A stretch of 64,000 bases of DNA from Hemiscyllium ocellatum (lineage: Eukaryota). The stretch covers positions 10,400,248-10,464,247 of the forward strand of contig NC_083421.1 of NCBI RefSeq assembly GCF_020745735.1, written 5' to 3'. This document shows, one piece after another, positions 48,800 to 60,600 of the stretch. The stretch's first letter is position 1, and each line of letters opens with the position of its first letter. The notes beneath the pieces are model-generated. The model saw nothing but the letters and a program-made list of their open reading frames with translations, had not been told where the DNA came from and searched no databases. The position numbers and the translations under genes are program-made.

Positions 48800-50000
48800 T
48801 TAGGACATTAGCTTTGACAATGTGGAGACTGTATGGGTGGAGCTGTGAAATGCCAAGGGACAAAAAACATTAGTGGGTGTCATACACAGACCCCTAGACT
48901 GCAGTGGTCATATCGGAATAGTATTAAACAGGAAATTAGCCAAGCATGTGATATGGAGACATCTGTGATCATGGGTGATTTTAATCTGCATCTAGATTGG
49001 ACAAATCAAATTAGCCACAATGTCTTAGAGGAAAAATTCCTGGAGTACATACGGGATGGTTTTCTTAACCAATATGTGGATGAACCAACTAGAGAGCAGG
49101 CCATCTTAGACTGGGTACTGTGTAATGAGAAGGGAATCATTGCCAATCTAGCTGCGTGAGACTCCTTGGGGATGAGTGACCATGACATGATACAACTTTT
49201 TTATCAAGATGGAGAGTGAGCCAGCTGATTTGAAGACTGGGATGCTGAATTTTAATAACGGAAACTATGAAGATATATAAGGCATGAGTTGGCGTTGATA
49301 GATCAGTGAAAGTTGCTTAAAGATATGACAGTAGATAGGCATTGGCAAATATTCAAGGAAATCATGGGGGATCTGCAACAACTATTTATTCCTGCCTGGT
49401 ACAAAAGCAAAATGGGTAACAGGGCCAATCCATGGCTTATAAAGGAAATTAGATAGCATCCAATTGAAGGAAATAGCATAGAAATGGGCCAAGAAAAATA
49501 ATAGGTCTGATATTTGAGAGCAGTTTCAAATTCAGCAAAGAAGGACCAAGGGATTGATTAAGATGGGGAAAACAGTACAAAAGAAAGTAAGCTTGCAGGG
49601 AACATGAAGACTGACGCTACAAGGTTCTACAGTACATGAAGAGAAAGAGATTGATGAAGACAAACGTAGGTGCCTACAGATGGAAATTGGGGAAATGTAT
49701 AACAAAGGACAACGAAACAGCTGAGCAATTGTATCCATCCTTTAGTTCTGTCTTCACAACAAACGACAGTTATACAGGAGGTGGGTGAGGCTGCAGTTGG
49801 AGCATGTGTTCTGTTTTGGTCACCTTGCTCGAGGAAGGATGTTATTAAACTGGAAAGAGTGCAGAAGAAATTTATTAGGATGTTGCTCGCACTCAGTGTT
49901 ATAAGGAGAGCTGAACAAGCTAGAACTTCTTTTCTTAGCAGTCTAGGAGACTGGGAGGGGATCTTATAGAACTGTACAAAATTATGAGAGGCATACACTC
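48800..50000 (+). mobile_element. Degenerate CR1 fragments (APE domain, linker, RT end)
   Basis: ORF 48833-49159 has VIMGDFNLHLDW and EPTREQAILDWVL. Confidence 0.75.
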
Positions 50001-50069
50001 AGTCTTTTTTGTCTTGAAGAAGTTTTCCTCCTCTGTCTACAAGATCTTTCCACTCTGCAGGCTCCCTGC

Positions 50070-50195
50070 CGCTACTCCTGATGAAGGGTTTTTGCCTGAC
50101 ACATCGATTTTCCTGCTCCTCGGATGCTGCCTGTGTTTTTCCAGCTCCGCTCTCATCTAGACTCTGGTTTCCAGCATCTGCAGTCCTTGTTTTTA
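50070..50195 (+). mobile_element. Solo Penelope terminal-repeat fragment
   Basis: CTCCTGATGAAGGG...TCCTGCTCCTCGGATGCTGCCTG...CCAGCATCTGCAGTCC matches the family terminus. Confidence 0.72.
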
Positions 50196-50202
50196 ATTAG
50201 TT

Positions 50203-50485
50203 GGTTTATATCCGACAGGCAGAGATTGGCATCAGTGTCTGTGGGGCTGATTTATATCAGACAGGCAGAGATTGGTATTAGCGACTGTGGGGCTGGTTTA
50301 TATCAGACAAGGGGAGATTGGTATTAGTGACTGCGGGGCTGGTTTATATCAGACTGGAGGAAAATGTCACTGTCTGTGGGGCAGGGTGAAATCAGACATG
50401 GGGAGATTTGTGTCTGTGGGGTGGTTTATATTTGACAGGGGGTGATTGGTGTCAGTGAGCGAGCGGCTGGTTTATATCTGACAGG
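50203..50485. repeat. 46-bp minisatellite, ~6 copies
   Basis: TTTATATC recurs at 50205, 50251, 50297 and 50343; unit is about CTGGTTTATATCAGACAGGGGGAGATTGGTGTCAGTGACTGTGGGG. Confidence 0.88.
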
Positions 50486-51548
50486 AGTAGTTTGGTGAGG
50501 ACGTTATAAAGCCAGAAAAGGATCACTTCATGTTTTAATTCTCTTTCAAGGCATACTGGGCACTCAAGGGTTAAACATTCCACTGTGAAACAGACTCACG
50601 ACAGTGTCAATTACAGAATAGACAGAACATCTCAGTAGGATAACTGAATCTTCGAGAAGGAATCCATTGCAGCCACACATGTGGATTCCTCTGCAGCTTC
50701 AGGCAACGGTATTTGTCCTCCCCAGCCAAGACTGATAGCCTTGGCCGCAACCCTGTTAAACTGCCTCCTGCTCCCATTATCTTGCTTCTCTCCATATTAG
50801 CATAGGGATGTGAATTCCCCATTGAAAACAGGCAAAACCCTTCAGTTTTAATCTCTTCCTATTGACACATGATCATGAAGAATATGATAATCAGTTGTTA
50901 TCGCAGGACATCAACATTCACCGGACCTTGTAAAATTATAATTGCCCATCTTAACCAATGTAACAACAGTCAACCATGTGGATTATAGACCTTATGTGTC
51001 ACCACAAGTAGACACACAACTACTTTCATGGACATGGAGAATCTCGCGCTGCACTCCGATAATAAAGCATCTGCTGTTGTACTGAAACTTGTGTCGTCTG
51101 GATTTGTGGAACAAAATATAGATTAACAGCCTCACAATTCTATGTTTGATTTTCATTTTCAATCAGGAAGTGTCTGCTTCGCCTTCCCATATCTAACAAA
51201 CCATCAGATTTCATCTCTGCAGCCTCAGATCCTCTCTGTAACCACAAATAAACACTGAGTGCGAAAGGTATTTAGCAGGTGCAGAAGCATCTGCAAAGAG
51301 CGAGAACAGAGTTCAAACCCAGGTCTGACAGTGTGTCAGAATAAAGCTCAACCTTGTGGCACTGCCACATCGACAATTGTTAGTGCCAACACCTCAATCA
51401 AAGTCTCTTCATTGTCCTGTTTTTTATTGAATCGCAGTGGTCTACAGTGCAGAACCAGTCCCTTCAGCCCATTGATTCTGTGCCAGTCAAAAATAACCAT
51501 CAAACTATGGTAACCTCATTTCTCAGCCCTCGGCCCATCACCTTGTAT

Positions 51549-51713
51549 AAGGTAAAAACAAAGACTGCAGATGCTGGAAACCAGAGTCTAGATTAGAGTG
51601 GTGCTGGAAAAGCCCAGCAAGTCAGGCAGCATCCAAGGAGCAGGAAAATTGACGTTTTGGGCAAACAGTACAAACTGCAGATTCAAAACACCAGCAACGG
51701 TTCTCCTTCAAGA
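51549..51713 (-). mobile_element. Solo Penelope terminal-repeat fragment with ~50 nt unrelated filler
   Basis: 15-bp TSD CCCATCACCTTGTAT at 51534-51548 and 51714-51728. Confidence 0.75.
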
Positions 51714-51849
51714 CCCATCACCTTGTATGTCTTGGCATTGCAAGTGCACATCTGAATACTTCTTCAATGATTTGAGAGCTTCTGTCTGTAATGCCCTTCC
51801 AGCAGTGAATTCAGTTTTTCACCACCCTCTGGGTGAAAGCCTTTTTCCT

Positions 51850-54330
51850 TCATTACACAGATCATGAGTATAGGAGTTAGGACATCATGTTGAAGTTGTA
51901 CAGGTCTCTTCTAGAATACTGTGTTCAATTCTGGTCTCCCTGTTATAGGAGGGGTATTGTTAAACTGTTCAGAAAATATTTACAAGGATGTTGCCAGGAC
52001 TGGAAGGTTTGAGTTAGATGGAAAGGAGCTTGAAGGTTGAGGGGTGACCTTACAGGGGTTTATAATATAATAAGGAGCATATATAAGGTGAATGTCAGAT
52101 GTCTTTTCCCTCGGGTGATGGATTTCAGGGCTTGTATATGAAGAGGAATTGATTAGAAAGATATGGAACAAGTACAGGTAAATGAGACCATGGTAATTTA
52201 GGATATCTGGTCAGCATGGACAAGTTGGGCCGATGGATCTGTTTCTGTGCTGTATGTCTCTATTACTCGATGACATGGTTGAGATGTATAAAATAATGAG
52301 GGGTGTTCATAAACTAGATAGTGAAGAAATTTTTCCCTTGGACTAGGGAGGTTATTCCCCCCTAAACTTCAGCAAGAGATGACATACTTTTAAAGTGAGA
52401 GGAGAAAGATTTAAAAGGGAAATGAGGGTTAACTTTTTCTACACAGAGAGTGGTTCGTGAGGAATTAATGGATGCGGGTACAGTTCCAATGTTTAAAAGG
52501 TATTTGGACAAACAGGAAAGTATTGAAGGGATATGGGCCAGGAGCAGGTGGAGGGACTAGTTTTGTTTGGAATTATGGTTAGCATGGACTTTGGAGTAAC
52601 CAAAAGGTCTGTTTCCATGCTGTATGACTTTATCACTGACATTCCCCTTAAGTCTCCTGCCCCTTACCTTAAATATCTGCACTGCCTTCCAGTCTTTACA
52701 ATATTTGTCTTCATTGGTTCCTCCATCAAGGGGAATATTTCCTTACTGTCTACCCAATCAACACCTCTCATTATTTTGTACATCTCAGTGATGTCATAGA
52801 GTCAAACAGATGTACAACACAGAAACAGATCCTTCAGCCCAACTCGTCCATGCCAACCAGATATCCAAAATTAACCTCGTCCCATTTACCAGCACTTGGC
52901 CCTCTAATCCCTTCCAGTTCAAATTAAAAATCACCCAACACCAGGTTATAATCCAACAGGTTTATTTGGAACCACTAGCTTTCCGAACACTGCTCCTTCA
53001 TCAGGTGGTTGTGGAGTTTTCTTCTACCCCTCCCGATGCCTTTTATATGTTACTAGCCTTGTACTGGCCTGCACTTCCTCTTGCATACATGCACCGTCTG
53101 TTGCATGAAAACGTTGCCCCTTAGAACCCTTGTAAGTCTTTCCCCTCTCACCCTAAACCTATGCCCTCTAGTTCTGGACTCCCCCACCCCAGGGAAAAGA
53201 CCTTGTCTATTTACCCTATCCATGCATCCATGATTTTATAAACCTCTAGAAGGTCACTCCTCAGCCTTCAGCACTCCAGGGAAGACAGTTCCAGCCTATT
53301 CAGCCTTTCCTGTAGTTCAAACCCTCCAACCCTGGCAACATCCTTGTAAATCTTTTCTGAATCCTTTCAAATTTCACAACATCCTTTCTATAGGAATCAG
53401 AGCAGAATTGCACACAATACTCCAAAGGTGGCCTAACCAATGTCCTGTACAGCCACAACATGACCTCCAAACTCCTTTACTCAATGCTCTGACTAATCAG
53501 GGAAAGAATATCAAATGCCTTCTTCACTACCCTATCTACCTGTGACTCCCCTCTCAATCTCTCTGGTCTAAGGAAAACGACCCAATCTTTCCAGTCGCTC
53601 TTCATAACTGAAACTCTCCAGCTCAGACAACATCTTTCCAAGTCTTGAGTGCTAACATATCCCTCCTTAAATGTGGATTCCAGAAATGCAGACAACAAGC
53701 TAGCTGTCCCCTAGCCAATGTGTTCGATAGTTCTAACAGAACTTCCCAGCTCAAACTCTGTGCTTAACAAGGAAAGGTGAGTTTATCACCTGTCCTGGTG
53801 TTTAAGTGACTGGGGGACATGCACAACATGGTCCCTCTGATCTTCAGTGCTTCACAGGGCCCTATAGTTCATCATGTATTCCCTTACCATGTTTGTCCTC
53901 CTATGATCTAAGCCCATCTTCCTCACTGTTTGCCACTACACTAGTTTTCATATCATCCGTGAACTCACTGATCAGTCCTCCAACTTTCAAACTGCGAGGA
54001 CCCAATACTGGCCTCTGCAAGATCCCACTGGGCACAAGCTTCCAGTTACAGAAGCACATCTCAACCATCACCCTCTGCTTCCTACCACTCAGCCCACTGT
54101 GGATCCAATTTTCCAAATTTCCTTGCAACCCAATGGGCTCTTGTCTTTGCCATCAGTGTCCCATGCAGCACCTTATCAAAAGCCCCACTGAATTCCAAGT
54201 AGCCTTCACCAAATGCATTGCTGTCACCTCTTTGATAAATTCAATCAGGTTGGTCAGATATGACCTTCCTTTAATAAAACCACACCTACTGTTCTTGATT
54301 AACCCCTGCCTGCTCCAAGTGCAGATTCAT
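51850..54330. mobile_element. Cluster of CR1 3' fragments (plus 51850-52630; minus 52790-53500 and 53500-54330)
   Basis: RT C-terminal and tail motifs shared with other copies; ORF 53901-54128 (QRVMVEMCFCNWK...GPRS...FTDD). Confidence 0.7.
52973..53007 (-). ncRNA. Second-family minimal hammerhead motif
   Basis: CAC-CTGATGA-A-GGAGC AGT GTTCG-GAAA-GCTA-GTG. Stem III palindrome AGCT, triplet CTA, stem I CAC/GTG. Confidence 0.6.
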
Positions 54331-54891
54331 TCTGTCCCTAAGTATTCATTCCAACAGTTTCCCCACCGTCAGACTGATTGGCCTGTAGTTTCCTGGTTTC
54401 TCCCGCCTTCCTTCTTGAAGACCTTGTCACATTTGTTATTTTTCATTGAGGTCTGCAGCCAAGTGTTAGGTCTCTTGTACAGCTTGGGGAAGGTAGAAAG
54501 GGACAGTGGTAGTGTCTTTACCTCTGAGCTAGGAGATTCAGTTTCGAGTCCCACCTGGTCCAGAGGAGTACCGTACCATCACTGAACAGATTGGTTGAGA
54601 AACTATCTCCAAGGTGTTTTCCCCTCTCCTGAAATGACTTAGTTAATCCTGAATAGACATTCCAACAACACCTCTGCACCTGAATGGCACTGTCTCTTCT
54701 CAATCTAATTTTTCTTCCTTCCATCCGAACCTCTTTTGGGAGCTTTACAGCATTCACTTTACCCCAGGTAAGTGAGTTCTGCAGCTTTTAAAAACTTTTA
54801 CATTTGTGTCTTTGCCATTTTTTTTTAAATCAAGGACCAATCAACCTGAAACAGCAGCAGGAATTTATCTTCTTGGATACACAATATAACC

Positions 54892-54893
<2 letters not shown>

Positions 54894-54922
<29 letters not shown>
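54894..54922. repeat. (AC)n microsatellite
   Basis: Uninterrupted AC run of about 14 units. Confidence 0.95.
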
Positions 54923-54925
<3 letters not shown>

Positions 54926-55486
54926 GAGGACTGAACCCTGATCTCGGATGATGACCTCTGCAGGGAGACAGGCATCAACTGCAAATAACTTCTTGGATCT
55001 TCCTGTACATCGACAACATTGGTCTGTTTGGGTGCCTGCTTTTCTAAACCGTGTCCAAGCAACAAATGATGATAGGTTCATAACAGTTTTCCTCCAATCC
55101 ATGTTTAAGGCATGTGTTTGTGTTATTTTTTCACTGAGTGTTGATTTAATCTTCTAAAATGGGGAGAGGCTTCCATCCCAGATGACCACACCAGCGTGCC
55201 TTGGGGACCCTGAGGAAATGATTAGGGAAGTGTATCTGTACCATTCCACCTTCTGCACTCTGTACCACCAGATAGTGCTCCCTCAGTATCTCAGAAAGCA
55301 CCTCCTTTGCACGTTTATCCCAAAGCACCTCGACAGAACATTCATGCCCTCAACACCTCAGAAAACAAACCTGTTACCCCCTTGGACCGTGTTCATCCCC
55401 AAACCTGTTCTCACTGTGGTGACCCACAGCCACCCCCAAGATTGGAGCCCAGGGCCCAGAACATTATTTGGGTCTCTGGATTGATT

Positions 55487-55743
55487 ACAGAATGTGGAAG
55501 CAGGCCATTCGGCCTATCAGGTTCACACTGACCCTCGGCAGAGCATCCCATCCCCCCACTCTATCCCTGGATCTCTTCATTCCCTCTGGCTAATCCACCG
55601 AGCCTGCACAGCCTTGGACAGTGGGAGGGAACTGAAGCACCCGGAGGCTGACACGGGGAGAATGTGCAAACTCCATACAGACAGTCGCCCGAGGCTGGAA
55701 TCGAACCCGGGTGGAGTGAGGCAACAGAGCTAACCACAGAGCC
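55487..55743 (-). mobile_element. HE1-like SINE (partial)
   Basis: B-box-like GGGTTCGATTCCAGCCTCGGGCGACTGTCTG on minus; CR1-like tail. Confidence 0.72.
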
Positions 55744-56173
55744 CCTGTGACAATCCCACTATCTCCGCCCGATTGATGACCGTTTGATGTCTATACCCGG
55801 GGAGTATCTAACCTGTCTAGCGTTTATTTAAGAAAGATTAGGGAAATGGACAATGCCTCCACAAGCTCAAGATGCTTGGTCCCCCTCTAAAAAAAATTTA
55901 TATTAGTTTCAAACAGAGACTTTATTCACAAAAAAAATTATGTACAAACATAGTACCTAAAGTTTGGTTCTGTACAGTCTTTACAACAAGTCTTTATGAT
56001 GACATATATACTTCCCTTGGCTGAGTAACTGAAATGTTAGAGCTGAGCTGTTCCTTCTTAATTAACATCATAAAGTTACATTGATAAGGATCTTTGTGAA
56101 GTCCCGTAAATCTTTATCTGTTCGTCCATGCACCCCCGCCCTCCGAATGCAATGCCTTACAAAGACTTAAACC

Positions 56174-56349
56174 TGAGCTGAAAATGTGTTGCTGGAAAAG
56201 TGCAGCAGGTCAGGCAGCATCCAAGGAGCAGGAGAATTGACGGAAACATCGAATCTCCTGCTCCTTGAATGCTGCCTGACCTGCTGCGCTTTTCCAGCAA
56301 GACATTTTCAGCTCTGATCTCCAACATCTGCAGTCCTCATTTTCTCCTA
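56174..56349. mobile_element. Fold-back mini-element of Penelope terminal repeats (core deleted)
   Basis: ~60-bp inverted arms. Flanking duplication AAAGACTTAAACC (56161-56173) / AAAGCCTTAAACC (56350-56362). Confidence 0.78.
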
Positions 56350-57299
56350 AAAGCCTTAAACCCGTTTGTCAACTTTCAACAGAAGCAACCTCAGGGCATG
56401 AACACAGACTGAATTGCTCAGTGACACATGACTGATTGAGTCGGATCAAATTCTCAAGCAAACACCCGCACAGATTGCTGGGGAAATACAGCAGATCAGA
56501 CAGCAACGGAGAAGAGAGAGAGGAACAATTCGCATTTCAAGTGACCCTTCCTCAAAACGGTCTGTTCTGAAGGAACGTTTCCGCAGAAATCACTGGATTG
56601 AAAGGTGAACTCTCTCTCTCTCTCCCTTCACAGATGCTGCCGGACATGCTTAGCTTCTTCAGCAATCTCTGTATTGATGGTTCAGGTTTCCAGCGCGTCC
56701 ATACGAGTTGATTTTAGTGTTGAATTCCCAAGCTTGCTCTATTATAGGGATTGAATTCCGCTGCTATGAAGGGGGGTCTCAGTTACCTCAGCTAACTGGT
56801 TCGTGATGCCAACATTATTGGCTCAATTTCTATCATGTCTGAAATTACCATGAAGGCCCCAACTTCTCAACCTCGCCCCTCCCCTGAAGTGTGCAACCCA
56901 CCAGTCCTCTCTCTCTGACAAGACAGCAGCTCTCAGGTCCTCCTGGTCTATAATAACTTCCCAACTTTAAAAAGGCACTCCAGTAAGAGAGCTATTTACA
57001 TGGTTCAGGTCAAAATCCTGGAGTTCCCTCCCTCACATCAATGTGGGACACCATGGGCTATAGCAGGAGAATACAACTCACCCTCACCTTCCAGGCAACT
57101 GGGTGGTGTGGTAATCTCATGCAAGTGAAATTTGCAAGTAACCTTTATTACAAGGTGACGGTGGATGGTCACTGAGACTGTTTCTTTTCCTCTGTTCAAA
57201 TCAGCCTAACGGAGAACCAAAGGATGGGTTGAAAATGACAGTGATAGCATTTCGTAGGTTGGTGTTTGTTTGAGATTACATCGTCTCTATGAATATTTG

Positions 57300-57520
57300 A
57301 ACACTTATTCAAGGGCATGCAGTTAGCTGCCAGAGGATATGGTGGGGACTGGTACAATTGCGACATTTAAAAGGCATCAGGATGAATATGTGATTAGGAA
57401 GGGTTCAGAGGGATATCAGCCAAGTGCTAGCAAATGGAACTAAATTAAGTTGGATATCTGGTTGGCATGAATAAGTTGGGCCGAAGGGCCTGTTTCCATG
57501 CTGTGCATCTCTCTGAATAG
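57300..57520 (+). mobile_element. CR1 3' tail fragment
   Basis: GGTACAATTGCGACATTTAAAAGGCAT...GGGCCGAAGGGCCTGTTTCCATGCTGTG. Confidence 0.7.
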
Positions 57521-57634
57521 ACTGTTGCAAAGTTTCAGACAAGGCTTGGATTGTGTGTCTCTCTCATGCTTTCTCAGAATCTGCAAACGCAATGTCTCCA
57601 TATTTCCACAAAACATTAAGAAAAAGAAAAAAAA

Positions 57635-60600
57635 GGTCAGTACTGAGGGAGTGCCACACCGTTGGAGGGTCAGTGATACGTTAGTGTTGCACTGTCAGAG
57701 GATCTGTACTGAAGAAAAGCTGCACTGTCGGATTGTCAATACTGAAGGATTGCTATACTGTCAGAGGGTCAGTTAGGATGGAGTGCTGCATTGTCAGAGG
57801 GTCAGTACTGAGGGAGTGCTGCACTGTCAGAGGGTCAGTACTGAGGGAGTGCTGCACGGTCAGAGGGTCAATTCGGATGGTGTGTTGCACTGTCAGAGGG
57901 TCAGTACTGAGGGAGTGTTGCACTATCAGAGGGACAGTACTGATGGATTGCTGCACTGTCAGAGGTTCAGCACTGAGGGAGTGCTGCACTGTCAGAGGGT
58001 CAGTACTGAGGGAAAGCTGCACTGTTAGAGGGTCAGTACCGAGGGAGTGCTGTACTGTCAGGGAGTCAGTGCTTAGGCAGTGCTGCTCTGTGAGACGGTC
58101 AGTAATGAGGGAGTGTTGCACTGTCAGAGGGTCATTATGCAGTGAGCGCTCCACATTCAGAAGGTCATTAATGAGGGAGTGCCACTCTGTGGAGAGTGAG
58201 TACTAAGTTAATGTTGCGCAGTCGGAGGATTTTTATTGAGGTAAACCTGCACTGTCAGAGGATCAGTACTGGGGCACGTAACACTGCCGGACCGTCAGTA
58301 CTGAGGGAGTGCTGCACTGTCAAAGGGTCAGAGCAAACTGAGCGCTGCACTGTTGCAAGGTCATTACTGTGGGAGCACAACACTATCGGAGCATAAGTAC
58401 TGAGGGAGCACTACATTGTCAGAGGGAATGCCACCATGTCAGAGGTGCTGTAGTGAGGAAGTGCTGCATTGTCAGAGGGTCAGTACTGAGGGATGGCTGC
58501 ATTATCTGAGGGTCAGTATTGAGGGAGCACTATTGAGGGAATGCCACCCTGTCAGAGGTTCTGTAGTAAGGGGTTGCAACACGGTCAAAGGGTCAGTACA
58601 GAGGGAGTGCAATACTGTCAAAGGGTCAGTGCTGAGGAGGCGCTGCACTGTCAGAGGATCAGTACTGAGTGAGTGCTGCACTGTTAGAGAGTCAGTTCTA
58701 TGGGTCCGTCGGAATGTCAGAGGGTCAGTATGGATGGAATACCGCACTGTCAGAGTTTCATTACAGTGCAGTGTCGCACTGTCAGAGTGTCACTACTGGG
58801 GGAGTGCTGCACTGTCAGAGGGGCAGTACTGAGAGAGTGTCACACTGTCAAAGGGTCAGTACTGAGGGAATGCTGCACTGAAATGGGTGCAGGACCGAGG
58901 GATTGCCGCACTGTCAGAGTGGCAGCACAGAGGGAGTGCTAAACTGTCAGAGGGTCAATACTGAGGGAGTGCCGCACTGTTGGAAGGTCAGTCCTGAGGA
59001 AGTGCTGTGCTGTGGGAGGACCAGTACGGAGGGAGTGCAGCACTGTGGAAGGTCAGTACTGAGTTAATATTGAACAGTCAAAGGGTCAGTACTGAGGGAG
59101 TACTGCACTGTCAGAGGATCAGTACTGAGGGAGTGGCACACTGTCAAGGAGTGAGTAATGAGGGAGTGCCACACTGTTGGAGGGTCAGTACTGTGGGTGC
59201 ATTGGAATGTCGGAGGGTCAGAATGGAGGGAATACCGCACTGTCAGAGTTTCATTACAAAAAAGTGCGGTACTGTCGGAGAGTCACTTCTGGGGGAGTGC
59301 TGCTCTGTCAGAGGGGCAGTACTGAGAGAGTGTCACACTGTCAGAGGAACTGTACTGAGAGAGTGTCACACTGTCAGAGGGTAAGTACTGAGGGAATGCC
59401 GCACTGTCAGAGGGTCAGTACTGAGGGAGTGTCACACTGTCGGAGGGTCAGGACGAATGGAGTGCTGCACTCTCGGAGGGTCAGAAATGAGGGAACTCCA
59501 CGCTGTCAGAGTGTCAGCATAGACAGAGTGCTGCACTGTTAGAGGATCAGTACTGAGTGTGTGCTGCACTGTTAGAGGGTCAATACCGGGGAGTGCAGCA
59601 TTGTCAGAGGTTCAGTATGCAGGAATGCAACACAGTTAAAGTGTCAGTACTGAGGGAGTGCCGCATTGGCAGAGGGTCAGCACTGACAAAACACCTCACT
59701 GTCAGAGGGTCAGTACTGAGGAAGTGCTCATTCTCGGATGGTCAGTAAGGAGGGAGTGCTGCACTGTTGGCTGGTCAGTAAGGAGGGAATGGCGCACTGT
59801 CGGAGCACGAGTACTGTGAGAGGTCTGTACTGGGGCAGTATCACACTGTCAAAGGTTCAGTCCTCAGGGAATGCCACACTGTCAGAGGGTCAGTACTGAG
59901 AGAGTGCTGCACCATCAGAGGGTCAGTACTGAGGGTGTGTTGCACTGTCAGAGGGTCAGTACTGAGGGAGTGTTGCACTGTCGGAGCGTCAGTACTGAGG
60001 GAGTGCTGCACTGTCGGAGGGTCAGTACTGAGGGTGTTCTGCACTGTTAGAGGGTCAGTACTGAGGGAGTGCTGCACTGTCAGAGGGTCAGTACTGAGTG
60101 TGTGCTGCACTGTTAGAGGGTCAGTACCGAGGGAGTGTGGTACTGTCAGAGAGTCAGTGCTTAGGCAGTGCTGCACTGTGAGAGGGTCAGTAATGAGGGA
60201 GTGTTGCACTGTCAGAGGGTCATTATGCAGTGAGCACTCCATTGTCAGAGGGTCATTACTGTGGGAGTGCCACTCTGTGGAGAGTGAATACTAAGTTAAT
60301 GTTGCACTGTCGGAGGATTAGTATTGAGGCAAACCTGCACTGTCAGAGGATCAGTACTGGGGCGCGCAACACTGCCGGACTGTCAGTACTGAGGGAGTGC
60401 TGCACTGTCAAAGGGTCAGAGCAAACTGAGCGCTGCACTGTTGCAAGGTCATTACTGTGGGAGCACAACACTATCGGAGCATAAATACTGAGGGAGCACT
60501 ACATTGTCAGAGGAACAGTATTGAGCGAATGCCACCCTGTCAGAGGTGTTGTACTGAGGAAGTACTGCATTGTCAGAGGGTCAGTACTGAGGGAGTGCTG

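Noticed and set aside
53806-54585. 259-aa ORF
   Set aside because: Antisense reading of degenerate CR1 RT sequence plus SINE-like DNA; no domain signature.
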